A stretch of DNA of 64,000 nucleotides from Candidatus Heimdallarchaeota archaeon (GTDB lineage Archaea; Asgardarchaeota; Heimdallarchaeia; JABLTI01), in contig JAHLVW010000066.1 of the NCBI GenBank assembly GCA_019058275.1, positions 1 through 64,000 on the forward strand, read 5' to 3'. Positions within the stretch are counted from its first letter, which is position 1. Each line of letters begins with the position of its first letter. Of the stretch, positions 21,043 through 31,997 are shown one piece after another. The notes under the pieces were generated by a model, which did not search any database, was not told where the DNA came from, and was given only the letters and a program-made list of their open reading frames with translations. The position numbers and the translations under genes are program-made.

Positions 21043-21342
21043 TTTATGCTCACATCGAAATTTATTCCTTCAGAAATGGTTTGTAATATGATTTACTATA
21101 TAAAAATCCTTTATACGTATTTGTTTATTTTCTATAATTAGTATAAGTATGCTTGAATTCTCGTTTTTTTTGTCCTAGGATATTAAACTTGAGCTTTATT
21201 TAAATGAAAAATACATTAAATAACTATAAATATAATTATTTATTCTTTTATTATTTCAATTTTTGTCAAATACAAAAGATTTTTATCGGTTTATCGAGTG
21301 AATTTAAACTTGCGTATACATCAGAGCGCGATGTCTACGTGA

Positions 21343-21747
21343 ATGGAAGAGTGTTTGAGGAGGTCTCTTAGAAGATTGGACAGGACTGGCTTATCTAACG
21401 CCGAGGTAAAACACAAAATAGAAGAATATCTCAATAAACGTGGTGTAAAATATCGAAGAAATGTTGCTTTTGGACATAAGAAGAAACTGAATTACGTCTT
21501 TGAAAATGATCATGGGGAAACTGTAGGGCTATATCTACTATTGTGGTGGAGACCAGTCACTTATAGAACAATATTTGATTTGATGGATTGGTCTAAAGGA
21601 GAGGATATTCACAGACTAATACTTGTATGTCGTATTATGGGTGAACGTGCACGTGAAGTTATGGATAAGGAACCTAGTAATGTTTCATACATTCTAGAAT
21701 CCTGGTTTAGACGGAGCAGTCATAATCCATTATTGGCAGCATTCTAA
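21343..21747 (+). CDS. Restriction-endonuclease-fold (Mrr-like) protein, apparently lacking catalytic residues
   Basis: IEEYLNKRGVKY...NYVFE...VGLYL...PVTYRTI...RLILV secondary-structure pattern; no D or ExK at expected positions. Confidence 0.45.
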   Translation: MEECLRRSLRRLDRTGLSNAEVKHKIEEYLNKRGVKYRRNVAFGHKKKLNYVFENDHGETVGLYLLLWWRPVTYRTIFDLMDWSKGEDIHRLILVCRIMGERAREVMDKEPSNVSYILESWFRRSSHNPLLAAF

Positions 21748-21817
21748 TTTTTAAAGAGGATTTTTCCTCTCTTATTTTTTCTATCATAGATTTATGTCTC
21801 GAGAAGACATAATTATT

Positions 21818-22297
21818 CTAATCAAATAATCTTTGAATTAGTGTTACCGTTTCATTATTTTCATCATAATTGATTAAACCATTATTTCTAAGATCAAAAA
21901 TAGTACGTAGTGTTGCTGCCGGTTGAATACCACTTGCTTTGGAGAGTTCTGTTTTTGTCATATATTGTTTAGCACCATGCATGAGTGTTAATAATTTTAT
22001 ATGAGAACTTCCATCAAGGACTTGCTCTGTAAGAATGACATATAATTTCATTACTTCATGCAAGTTGATTTCAACATCCTTTTGACCTTTCAACTCCTCA
22101 TAAACTGAAGAAAGCTTAACCATATCTTGTTCCATTTTCTTTAATCGTTCAGCTGCAGATGTTTTTTCATTTTCTAGTTTTTTAGAAACATCTTTCATAG
22201 CAGCTATTTCTTCTTCTGTTCCCTTTAGTTTAGATTCAAGTTGAGTAATATAATCTTCAATATTCTTGAATGCTGTTTGGACTTTTTCATCTACCAA
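21818..22297 (-). CDS. Coiled-coil plus winged-helix protein
   Basis: N-terminal heptad-rich region; C-terminal MTKTELSKASGI...LRNNGLI wHTH; GGAGGT RBS with TTG start. Confidence 0.65.
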   Translation of the reverse strand: MVDEKVQTAFKNIEDYITQLESKLKGTEEEIAAMKDVSKKLENEKTSAAERLKKMEQDMVKLSSVYEELKGQKDVEINLHEVMKLYVILTEQVLDGSSHIKLLTLMHGAKQYMTKTELSKASGIQPAATLRTIFDLRNNGLINYDENNETVTLIQRLFD

Positions 22298-22490
22298 CTT
22301 TAAACCTCCATAAATATATGCTAAAAATCATTTATAATTCAATTGGAGTATATTTTTGCTTCTATAATAACATATCTAAGTTAATATTTTACCACAAGCC
22401 GTGTCTAATATCAGAATAATATAGAACATATCCGAAAAACTTTAAAACAAAATCTTTTGGTTTGCTATTTGTAGAGTACGAGGTTAGTAA

Positions 22491-22778
22491 ATGTCGAAAA
22501 AAATTCAAAGTCGAAAAGAAATAATTGCTGATGAAGTCGTTCTAGGACCACCAATTTTAACACGATTCGAAAAAGCCCGAATTATTGGAGCTAGAGGCTT
22601 GCAAATATCCCTAGGGGCACCAATTCTAATTCGTATTTCTAAAGATTTAACTGATCCTATTATAATTGCTGAACAAGAATTGTATAAGAATGTTTTACCA
22701 TTAACTGTAGCTAGATTACTACCTGATGGTCAATATCAAAACATACCTTTAAGCTGGCTTGTTAAAGGAAAGAAATAA
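22491..22778 (+). CDS. rpoK: RNA polymerase subunit K (Rpo6)
   Basis: [22 protein letters not shown]. Confidence 0.95.
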   Translation: MSKKIQSRKEIIADEVVLGPPILTRFEKARIIGARGLQISLGAPILIRISKDLTDPIIIAEQELYKNVLPLTVARLLPDGQYQNIPLSWLVKGKK

Positions 22779-22821
22779 AACAAGCAGCATAACTTCTTCT
22801 ATTATTTCAATTTATGATAAG

Positions 22822-24180
22822 CTAATTTTGAAACTCTAAAGTTTCTTTATTTACAGGAATATATACTTCCTGATTGTTTTTTAGTTCGTTCTTAAGAGAA
22901 TTTGCAGCAGATTCAAGACCATGAACAAAAACAATCTTTTTACTATCAATAGCATTCAACATTTTTAATAGTTCATTTCTTTGAGCATGTCCAGAAAATT
23001 GGAATTGTCTCACTTCGGTCTTTATTTCAACTTCTGCTCCTTTCTTCTTTCCCCAACTAAAAAGATTGACTTTTCTTTCACCGTCTAATATCGCTCTACC
23101 AATTGTTTCTTCTACTTGGAATCCAGAGATTGCAAGGAGATTTTTTGGATTACCCGCACCATGATTTAAGTAGGAGTGAATTGGTCCTCCTTCTAACATT
23201 CCTGAAGTTGAAACAATGATATTTGGTTTGTTTTCAGAAACAATCATTTTCCTAAACGTATCTAAATTATCTGCTAAATTCCTACTAACACCAATGAAAT
23301 TTCTCAGATCAAATGGTACTTCTATTCGGTTATCACTACACCATTCAAGGATTTTCTTTGATACCCAGTATTCATGGAAATATCTTCTATAGACATTATT
23401 CATTTTCAATATCATACCATCAATATAAATATTGAAATTGGTATCTATGAACTCCTTAGCTAATATAGCCTCTATTTCTTGCCCACGTCCCAGAGCAAAA
23501 GTAGGTGTAATTGTCACTCCGCCTCTTTTATATGTCGCTTTTATTGCATCAATAAAAGATTTGTTAGGAGATTCTCTGTTTGGTAAATCACGTAATCCAT
23601 TTGTTGCTTCTGAAATTATAAAAGAAATTTCTTCGAGAGTTGGATATTTATTCGTATCATGATATGGAGTTTCAAAGGTATTAATATCTCCAGTATAGAA
23701 TATCAGCTGTCCTTTCCAATCCAATAAAATACTTGCAGAACCTAGAATATGTCCTGCATCAAAAAAAGTTGCTGAAACACCATCAGCTAATTCGAACTTC
23801 TGTTGATAGTAGTGACACCTTATTTGATATAAAGTATCATACATATCATCCTCACTCCAATGTCTTTCCCCTTCTATTTTGAGATGGTCTCTCCATAAAA
23901 TAGCACAAATATCCTTTGTAGGATGAGTCATATTTATAGAACCTTCATAACCATCTCTTACTATACGAGGGATGTAACCTGTATGATCAAAATGGGCATG
24001 TGAGATAACTATACTTTGTAAATTCTCTGTATGTTCATTCAATCCTTCTGGACCTATTGTTGGTTTTTTAGGTCTGATTTTTAATCCACAATCTAAAAGA
24101 ATTTTCGTGTCTTGGTCTTCTACAAGAATTGCACTTCTCCCAATTTCCTTCGCTGCACCATATATAGTAACTTTGATCAA
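22822..24180 (-). CDS. Beta-CASP metallo-beta-lactamase ribonuclease (aCPSF2-like)
   Basis: SHAHFDH, AGHILGS, FALGRGQE, SGMLEGG, FSGHA, VHG. Confidence 0.88.
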   Translation of the reverse strand: MIKVTIYGAAKEIGRSAILVEDQDTKILLDCGLKIRPKKPTIGPEGLNEHTENLQSIVISHAHFDHTGYIPRIVRDGYEGSINMTHPTKDICAILWRDHLKIEGERHWSEDDMYDTLYQIRCHYYQQKFELADGVSATFFDAGHILGSASILLDWKGQLIFYTGDINTFETPYHDTNKYPTLEEISFIISEATNGLRDLPNRESPNKSFIDAIKATYKRGGVTITPTFALGRGQEIEAILAKEFIDTNFNIYIDGMILKMNNVYRRYFHEYWVSKKILEWCSDNRIEVPFDLRNFIGVSRNLADNLDTFRKMIVSENKPNIIVSTSGMLEGGPIHSYLNHGAGNPKNLLAISGFQVEETIGRAILDGERKVNLFSWGKKKGAEVEIKTEVRQFQFSGHAQRNELLKMLNAIDSKKIVFVHGLESAANSLKNELKNNQEVYIPVNKETLEFQN

Positions 24181-24474
24181 ATATTTTCACAACCGATTTC
24201 TATAACATGTACTGTTTTTCAAACGACATAGCTTTAAGTGTCTTCACATAGAATTTGAAGATAAAAAAAGTATTCCTATCAAGAAACTAATATGTGTTGT
24301 GTAATTTTCAATTTGGAAAAACATCCAAATTGATTTGATTGCGTTTTTTCTATTAAAAAATTAAAATGAAAGGTTTAATTTATTGGATTTCCCCTAATAT
24401 TACTAGATAGTCCATTTATCAAATATAAATAGTTAAAATAGTTAGTAGTCTATGAATAAATTGAGGTATTAGCT

Positions 24475-25164
24475 TTGAGTGACAAGGAAAAAATTAGTGA
24501 TGCTTACAAAAAATTCGCTCAAGATCTAGAGGACATTGAGGAAGAAGATAAACAGAAGAAAAAAGAAGTACTTAAAGAAGGTATTCTTGATCTGGAGCAG
24601 AAATACAAGGAAGAGATCAAGGGAACACATGCAGTCGATGCTCGCATAGTAAAACTTCGTAAAGAAGCAGGAATGCCTGAGCTAATCGGTGTTGGTGATA
24701 AAGTACAAAGAAGTCGTTTTAAAGACAAAGATAAATTTGAGCAATTCTTAGCTAAAGAAGTATTAGAAGTAGGGATTGAAGAAAGTAGGCAATATGGTGG
24801 AGTAATTCTCTTTTCCTCATTTTGCAGTCTATTCAAAAATAAAAGACCAAATTGGGATGCCCCACCTAAAGAAATCAGAAAAGTATTAGAGACTCTTGCA
24901 ATCGCAGGATTAATACCAAAATTATACAAGATGAAAAATAAATCTATACTAATAACCTTCAAACCAGCTGAATTAGAAACAGATCTTCTTAGTATTCTAA
25001 ATGTTGCAGCTGCTACAGGTAAAATAAGTAAACAGGGAATTATGTCCCTTCTAGGTTGGCAAAAAGAAAGAGTAGAATTAGCGTTAGTATCAATTCTCGA
25101 TCAGGAAATTGCCATATATGACAAAAAAGAGGAATTATACCATTTCCCTACTCTAAAGAAATAA
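24475..25164 (+). CDS. ESCRT-II Vps22/Vps36 (EAP30)-like protein
   Basis: KYKEEI, GGVI, PAELETD..IL..A...G.I....I...LGW..ER...AL..I.....A.YD.....YHFP resemble the Snf8/EAP30 tandem winged helices. Confidence 0.8.
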   Translation: MSDKEKISDAYKKFAQDLEDIEEEDKQKKKEVLKEGILDLEQKYKEEIKGTHAVDARIVKLRKEAGMPELIGVGDKVQRSRFKDKDKFEQFLAKEVLEVGIEESRQYGGVILFSSFCSLFKNKRPNWDAPPKEIRKVLETLAIAGLIPKLYKMKNKSILITFKPAELETDLLSILNVAAATGKISKQGIMSLLGWQKERVELALVSILDQEIAIYDKKEELYHFPTLKK

Positions 25165-25259
25165 TTCCTTTTTTTCTTTCCTCTTCTCATTTCTTCAAAA
25201 AGAATTATAAGCAAACCCTATTTTTTGATTGGCATAGCGTTGTTTATGGTTGTGATTAA

Positions 25260-26492
25260 TTGAAGAGAATTCTAGTAGTTGATTATATTGTTGGTGGAGG
25301 ATTTTCAGAAGAAGATCTTCCAATGGATATATTAGCAGAAGGATATGCTATACTCAGAGCAAGTGTTGAGCAATTTGCTCAATTGGGTTATAAAATATCA
25401 ACGCTTATTGACCAACGTTTAATGCAACATATAAGAATTTCACCTATTCATGATTTCAAATCTGTTTCTAGCCATGAGGATTTCGTGAATGGGATTAAAG
25501 CTTTCTCTGAAGAAGTTGACTATACTTTAACATTAGCACCTGAATCAAAGGGTATTCTAAAAGATCTAGCATCTATCATGCATAATTCTAAATCAACTTT
25601 CCTAGGTAGCAAACCTGAAGCAATTGAAATAGCTGGTGACAAATTAAAAACAATGAATCTCGCAAAAGAATTAGGATTAAACGTTCCTGCAACATTTGCT
25701 CCCTTATATAATGAACCCTTTGATAAAATTGTAGATGATGTTGATATTCTTGGTTACCCCTTAATCGTTAAACCAATTGACGGTGTAGGATGTAAAGGTT
25801 TAATAAAAGCAACAAATCCTGACGGACTAAGATTTGGTTTACAAGCAGCACATGCAGTTACTACTATGGAGAATTGTATTGTTCAAGAATTCATTGAAGG
25901 TACTCCTATTAGCACAACTTTGCTTGTAAATGGTGAAAGTGTTGTTCCATTATCCATTAATCACCAGAATTTGAGAATTGATTCAAAGAAGAAAATTGGT
26001 CACTACATTGGCGGAGAAGTACCCTTTGATATTCCTGAGTTTCGTGATGAAATCTTAGAAGTCTCTACCAAATTAGTGGAACAAATGAACCTAAATGGTT
26101 TCGTGGGGGTAGATATGATAGTTGGAAAAGAGGGTGTCTTTGTAATTGAAGTTAATCCTCGAGTAACAGTCCCAATAATTGGAATTAATAATCTTGCATC
26201 TAAGAATATTGCTTCACAACTAATAGAAATGGTTGAAAAAGGAAGTATACAAGAAAAGATCAAGCTTAATGGTTATGCAACTTTCTCAAAAATCTCTGTT
26301 CTTTCATCTATTAGTAAAATAGCTAAATTAGAAAAAGCTGCTGTAATAGATGGTGTTCTAAGTCCACCATTTTCAATAGGAAATAATTCTCATTCATATA
26401 CACTAATTATGGGAATGGGTTCAACAATAACTGATGCAAGAAAAGACTTCCAAAGAGTAAAAAGACAGGTTCTTGAGAAATTATCCACATAG
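25260..26492 (+). CDS. ATP-grasp ligase, MfnD-like (tyramine-glutamate ligase family)
   Basis: AEGYAIL, LAPES, KPIDGVGC, QEFIEG, YIGG, GFVGVD, EVNPRVT. Confidence 0.75.
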   Translation: MKRILVVDYIVGGGFSEEDLPMDILAEGYAILRASVEQFAQLGYKISTLIDQRLMQHIRISPIHDFKSVSSHEDFVNGIKAFSEEVDYTLTLAPESKGILKDLASIMHNSKSTFLGSKPEAIEIAGDKLKTMNLAKELGLNVPATFAPLYNEPFDKIVDDVDILGYPLIVKPIDGVGCKGLIKATNPDGLRFGLQAAHAVTTMENCIVQEFIEGTPISTTLLVNGESVVPLSINHQNLRIDSKKKIGHYIGGEVPFDIPEFRDEILEVSTKLVEQMNLNGFVGVDMIVGKEGVFVIEVNPRVTVPIIGINNLASKNIASQLIEMVEKGSIQEKIKLNGYATFSKISVLSSISKIAKLEKAAVIDGVLSPPFSIGNNSHSYTLIMGMGSTITDARKDFQRVKRQVLEKLST

Positions 26493-26575
26493 ATTATTTT
26501 CTTGCTAAAAGGCTAATTCTAAAGTGAAAGAAGATAATAGTGAAACGGTTAAAGTATCGAGAAAGGATAAAAAAA

Positions 26576-26821
26576 TTATTCTGTTAGCGTTGAACCGCCA
26601 ACAGCTAATTTTTCGATGACTTGAACTTTACCATCTTTAATTTGAACCATAATCCTGGTTACATATCCAGCGATTCTGTTTCTCATTCGTTTTGATTGAA
26701 CATTTGTTAGTTTGTTAACTAGGATTTTGTTCTTTTCAAAATCTGTAGATAAGTGTTGGTGGTATTTTGCAACTAATTCTTTTGAAGTTCGTTTAATTTT
26801 TTGGGATCGGATATTTCCCAT
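26576..26821 (-). CDS. rps17e: 30S ribosomal protein S17e
   Basis: MGNIR, DFEKNK, SKRMRNRIAGYVT. Confidence 0.96.
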   Translation of the reverse strand: MGNIRSQKIKRTSKELVAKYHQHLSTDFEKNKILVNKLTNVQSKRMRNRIAGYVTRIMVQIKDGKVQVIEKLAVGGSTLTE

Positions 26822-26913
26822 GTGGATTCCTCCATTGAATTACTTCAAATGCCATTATTTGCTGTTAATAAATCTTATTAATCGTCCTTATTTTAGATTT
26901 GATTCAATATTTA

Positions 26914-27874
26914 CTAGGGTATTTTTCCGCTAAGCACTTTTGTTAGTTTTGAGATGTCAATATTACCTCCTGATATAACACAAGCTATTTTTCCTTTTCC
27001 TGAAAGTGCTGCAGCAACTGATACTGCTTCAGCTCATTCTGCAATAACACTATTTCTGTCAACTAATAAGCGAATTGTCTCTACTGATTCCTCTAAAGTG
27101 ACCACAATAGAACCATCTAGGAGATTTTCTGCTAATTCCCACATCTCAGGAAGTAAAAATGGATAACCAATACTTTCCACAAAACTATTTTTATGAGGTA
27201 TCTGTTTCGGTATGGCCCCTAAATCAAAAGCTAAAGCTAAAGGTTTGCATGTGTCAATCTCAGCAGCATATACTTTGATATCAGTTTTTAGTGATCTTAT
27301 AGTAGACGCAATACCACAAGCCAATCCCCCTCCACCCCAAGGAACAATAATTGCATCTACATCAGATAAATCCTCTAAAATTTCTAATCCAATAGTTCCA
27401 TTTCCTGCCATTATGTTTTGATCGCTAAATGGATGTATGAAATAACCATCCATCCCATTAAATTTCCGAGTATATAATATCTCTATACCAATTTCTAGCA
27501 GTAGTTTGATTACATTCGCTTTATAACGTTTAATAGCATCTTCTTTTATTTTTGGAATACTATCAGGAACAAGTATTGTACATTTAATCCCAAGTTTTTG
27601 AGCATACGAAGCTAAACCTTGTGCCCAATTTCCAGTACTTATAGTCAACCCCGTTTTTTAATTGTACTTTAAGCAAGAGTTTTACAGCATTACATGCAGC
27701 ACGTATTTTGAAGGACTTTATTGGATGTAAGTTTTCTAATTTAATGTAGATTTCAGCAGAATTTTCATAATAATTAAAACGAACCAGAGGAGTGCGAACT
27801 ATTTCACCTTTTAATCGTTCTTTAGCAGAAGTTATCTCTTCAATAGGAATAGGATTATCGTATTTTATATTCAT
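26914..27874 (-). pseudogene. Threonine/serine dehydratase (PLP fold II) with a frameshift near 27650 and an in-frame TGA at 27034-27036
   Basis: KLENLHPIKSFKIR in frame 1; STGNWAQG and PWGGGGL in frame 2; VIAE*AEAVSVAAAL...ISGGNID continues to TAG at 26914. Confidence 0.88.
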
Positions 27875-28174
27875 CGAAAACTCCCTGACATATAAAGAAT
27901 AGATAGAATTACAATTCTTTATTGAATTATAAGCATATTGTCATTAAAACATCCAAAAATGATTATTGAAATTCATTTTCACAAATCACCAAAGACCTTA
28001 AATAATATCTAATGTGGGATAAATTAATTACATGAAGTAGTAAACCTTATGAAGAAACGTACTTCTTCAAACGTGTGAAAACTTTAAAAACATTAATAAT
28101 TTAATGACTGAATACGGATTAAAGAAAGCTGAAAAACAAAACTACGCTACTAATCTAAATATGGGTGAAAGAAA

Positions 28175-30004
28175 TTGAAATTGAATTCAAAGAAATTGAC
28201 AACCATGACACTAATTTTTTTGGTGTTACCTTTTGTTACTTTAGTGTCCTTGCAATTAAAAGATGTAGCTGCTGAAAGTCCTATAGTTTCTATCCTAGAA
28301 GTGGAAAATGATGCTAATTACAGGATTGATGTCTTAGTTGAGATCACTTTAACAGGTTTTAATTACGATCTCTATACAGAAGAACTTAGATTGTATCTTA
28401 ATCAATCAATAGAAACCATTTTGCTAAATAATTATGATGAATTTAATGCTACTAAGACATTTGATAGACAAAGCGAAGCTACTTTTGAAGCCAATATCCT
28501 TTCACCAGTTTTGGGTTCAGAGTCAGCTAGTTACAATGTAACAGTTTTAGCGATTACAAATACTGATGAAAAAAGCACCCTTGTTCAATGGTTGGGTGGA
28601 TATATCCATATTGATGTAGATGTACCTTACATTGCTTATATAGATCCAAGCACTGGTTTAGAGGAAATATGGGCAACATACACTGTTACTATGAATATAA
28701 GTGATACATCAAATCTAAGTTTAATAGAGTTTTACATTAACAGTGAATTACGATATCAAATTGAAGAACCAGATCCAGCTGAAAATATTTTCACTTGGAA
28801 TTGGTATACTACAAATGATGATCGAGGAGAAATGGAAATTGGTGTTAGAGCTGTTGATAATAGCACTGCTCTAAATGATGATTTGAAATCATTTACAGTA
28901 ACGATAGTTGGACTGGAATTAACATATTTGGAGCCAATTCCTGAATACATTGATTCAAATGATACACTTGCGTTAAATGTTAGTTTGATTGATTACTCTC
29001 AAATTAAGGATGCATCTCCTGCAAATGACATTCCAATTGACACCGTACTATTAAATTACTCTATTAGTGGAGGTCCATGGCAAATTGTCGAAATGGAAAA
29101 TACCACAACTGCTGTTGATTACTTCAACTATACATTCCCTGAGTATCCAGTAGGAACTAAAATTGCTTGGGAAATTTTTGCAAATAATACAGATGCGCAA
29201 TATCATCATTTCCTTAATGCAGATCAAGAACCTTATTCCATCTATTCGGTTTATCCTGATCACATTAATCCTACTGCAGAAGTAGAACATGAAACTCAGT
29301 TTTTCATAAATGAGGACGTTGTCATAGGATTAAATGTTACAGAACAAAGCCCACTAACTGAATGCTTGATATTCTATAAGATAGATTCTGAAGGTTGGGA
29401 AAACACTTCAATGATTCTCGATCAAAATAGTAGTTATGGCTTCAATGATAATGTTTGGTATTATTACAATTATAGCTTTGGTACTGATTTACCAGTGTTT
29501 ACTCGAGTAACCTTCTGGGTGTTCATGAATGATACAGGTGGAAATTCACTCTCATTAACTAATAGTGGAAAATATTACTCTTTGAAAATAATCCCAACTG
29601 ATTTATTTGCACCAAATGTAACAATAACAGTTAGTCCTGAAACATTAACCACAAGGCAAAATATTACAATAACTGTTACTATAAATGAAACAAGTAATCT
29701 ATTCTCAGTAGAAGTACTTTACATTGTTAACAATGTCCAATATGCTGTTGAAATGGAACAAACATCTGATGATACTTGGACAGCAAGTTTTGTCATTGAA
29801 GCAGCAATTGGTGATAAAGTTAGAATTTGGGTAGTTGCAATAGATGAATTTTATAATACTGGGATGTCAGAAGTATTGCATTACGAAGTGGAAACAAGCA
29901 AAGTTGGAGTGTCACACAATAATTTTGTAATGGCCCTTTTGTTAATTGTATTACTAGTTGCTCCAATTGTATTAACTATTCTAGTTCTTAGACCCCAAAG
30001 ATAA
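28175..30004 (+). CDS. Cell-surface glycoprotein with Ig-like repeats and C-terminal TM anchor
   Basis: Signal peptide, acidic beta-rich repeats (D..P.I/V), about 20 N-x-S/T sequons, C-terminal hydrophobic helix plus RPQR. Confidence 0.75.
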   Translation: MKLNSKKLTTMTLIFLVLPFVTLVSLQLKDVAAESPIVSILEVENDANYRIDVLVEITLTGFNYDLYTEELRLYLNQSIETILLNNYDEFNATKTFDRQSEATFEANILSPVLGSESASYNVTVLAITNTDEKSTLVQWLGGYIHIDVDVPYIAYIDPSTGLEEIWATYTVTMNISDTSNLSLIEFYINSELRYQIEEPDPAENIFTWNWYTTNDDRGEMEIGVRAVDNSTALNDDLKSFTVTIVGLELTYLEPIPEYIDSNDTLALNVSLIDYSQIKDASPANDIPIDTVLLNYSISGGPWQIVEMENTTTAVDYFNYTFPEYPVGTKIAWEIFANNTDAQYHHFLNADQEPYSIYSVYPDHINPTAEVEHETQFFINEDVVIGLNVTEQSPLTECLIFYKIDSEGWENTSMILDQNSSYGFNDNVWYYYNYSFGTDLPVFTRVTFWVFMNDTGGNSLSLTNSGKYYSLKIIPTDLFAPNVTITVSPETLTTRQNITITVTINETSNLFSVEVLYIVNNVQYAVEMEQTSDDTWTASFVIEAAIGDKVRIWVVAIDEFYNTGMSEVLHYEVETSKVGVSHNNFVMALLLIVLLVAPIVLTILVLRPQR

Positions 30005-30177
30005 CATTGACTAAACCCATTAACGGGTTTCTTCATTTTTCTTTATTTTAGTGGCTCAAAGTAATTTGATCTTGTTAAATGAAAAATTAAGTGTGGGATT
30101 TCTTCTCATTATTGTGTATAATCCATTCTCGAAAATATGAGAAAACTTATATTGGTTCATATTAATATATTGAACTT

Positions 30178-30969
30178 ATGCCACTTACAATTAGATCTAA
30201 GATACTGATAAGTTTGGGAGCGGTTGTTGCTATTGCTGCTATTGTTACACCAAGTGTAGTGGTTCCACTTGTAAGAAATAATAATGATAGTACAATAGAA
30301 TTCACATTACTATACAATGCAGGAGTTATGATTGAAGCTAAAGGCATGCGTATCTATATCGATCCATTTCAACTATCAACAGATTATGAAGATCTTCCTG
30401 CAGATGTGATATTAATAACTCATCATCATAGTGATCACTATTCCACTTCAACGATTAATATGATAAAAACAGATGATACTACAATAGTATTCCCAGAGGT
30501 AATGTCTTACGCGATTGATTATTTTGATGGTGTTGGTGTTAATCTAGAAGATCAATTAGAATTCGGTGAAATAACTGTTACTGCTTTCTATATGTATACA
30601 TTGCCAGTTGGAGAATATCCAGCTAGTCACCCAAGAGAAGATAACTATACAAGTTATATTATTGATATTGATGGTTTCACATTCTTTCATGCAGGAGATT
30701 CAAAGAACATTTTTGAATATAGTCAACTAACTATCACAATTGATGTTGCTTTGTTACCATTAGGTCCAGGATGCCAAACAATGTGTGATATGGAAGTTGT
30801 TACTGCAGCTAATACTATTGGACCTGATTATCTTATTCCTATTCATTATGGCGATGGTGTTCCTGAATCATTTAGCACATCCTATAGTTCTTATCTTACA
30901 TCATGTCAATTTTTACACTTGGAATATTTCGAATCCACAACATTTGAAAATAAAGCTATCATAAACTGA
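30178..30969 (+). CDS. Membrane-anchored MBL-fold hydrolase (UPF0173-like)
   Basis: IYIDP, THHHSDH, FHAGD, IPIHY; N-terminal TM. Confidence 0.82.
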   Translation: MPLTIRSKILISLGAVVAIAAIVTPSVVVPLVRNNNDSTIEFTLLYNAGVMIEAKGMRIYIDPFQLSTDYEDLPADVILITHHHSDHYSTSTINMIKTDDTTIVFPEVMSYAIDYFDGVGVNLEDQLEFGEITVTAFYMYTLPVGEYPASHPREDNYTSYIIDIDGFTFFHAGDSKNIFEYSQLTITIDVALLPLGPGCQTMCDMEVVTAANTIGPDYLIPIHYGDGVPESFSTSYSSYLTSCQFLHLEYFESTTFENKAIIN

Positions 30970-31089
30970 AAAATACCAGATAATAATTAAGATGGAGAAT
31001 ATTTCACCTAAAATGATTAAGAAATAGATTCCATCTCACTGAATTTTTTTATACTTTATCGACAATAATATACGTACAGGGAGAAACTC

Positions 31090-31398
31090 ATGTTTGAGAA
31101 TGAGGACGAAAAACCAATAAAGCGGCTTCCTACCCGCCAAAGCATACATGAAGAGATAGAAGAAACTCTAATCAAAAAACTATTTTCCGTAATTAAAAGT
31201 ATTGAGCAACTACCTGATGGCAACTTAAATTTTAAGCCTTATACTGATCACGAATTGTTACAAATTGAAACCTATCTTGAAAAGAATTTTGATCGAAAAG
31301 TATTCAAACGGGATGAGGACAAACAAATATCTTCATTTCTAGAATTAGTTAAAGTAGAACGCGAACGACGAGATTTCGGTATACTTTTCAACAGATAG
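31090..31398 (+). CDS. Hypothetical protein
   Basis: AGGGAG RBS, ATG, T-tract after stop. Confidence 0.55.
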   Translation: MFENEDEKPIKRLPTRQSIHEEIEETLIKKLFSVIKSIEQLPDGNLNFKPYTDHELLQIETYLEKNFDRKVFKRDEDKQISSFLELVKVERERRDFGILFNR

Positions 31399-31997
31399 AT
31401 TACATTTTTTTTCTAAATCAACAAAGAATTCTTTATATCATAAAATTAAAATGATATAAAAAAAATTGACAGAATAAACATATTCTAATCAATTAATTTC
31501 TGTAATTTTATTAAATCTTTAACTGGTGCTTTTACTTTGACGAGCTTCTTCCTAAATGCTTTGAATCCTTCAATATAAACAATCTCTCTGTGTATCAGAT
31601 CAAAGTTCGTTTCACAACTTATTGGTATACAATAAAACGCTATTGCAGCTATTTGTAAATAGCAAATAAAGATTGCATCATACTTCATTTTTCTATTCAT
31701 ATTGTAAGCATCAATTGGTAATGTGACTTATAGAAACTGAAATAATATGTCCCCACTAAATGAATGATATTGTCTTATGATTAAGATTTCTATTTTATCT
31801 TAATAAAGCTGCTCTTACTTCAAAAACAAAATTCTGTAGTTTACAGATGCTTATTGTTTTTTCTCCAATATCCTAACTAATCATCTAAGGACCAAATATT
31901 ATCGAAAAATAAATGAATAATATTTGAGTATATTATTAAATTATTATTGTGTGGGTACTCATATGCCAATTCATTATATTTTAGGTTAGGGTGAAGG

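Noticed and set aside
27034-27036. In-frame TGA as selenocysteine in the dehydratase
   Set aside because: The position corresponds to a small non-Cys residue in the family (GGA to TGA fits), and the gene also carries a frameshift.
27653-27660. A_AAA_AAC slippery heptamer near the dehydratase frameshift
   Set aside because: Joining the frames needs +1, not -1, and a nonsense codon follows downstream.
31485-31700. 71-aa minus-strand ORF, possible gene remnant
   Set aside because: No recognisable motif and upstream frames are closed; cannot support a call.
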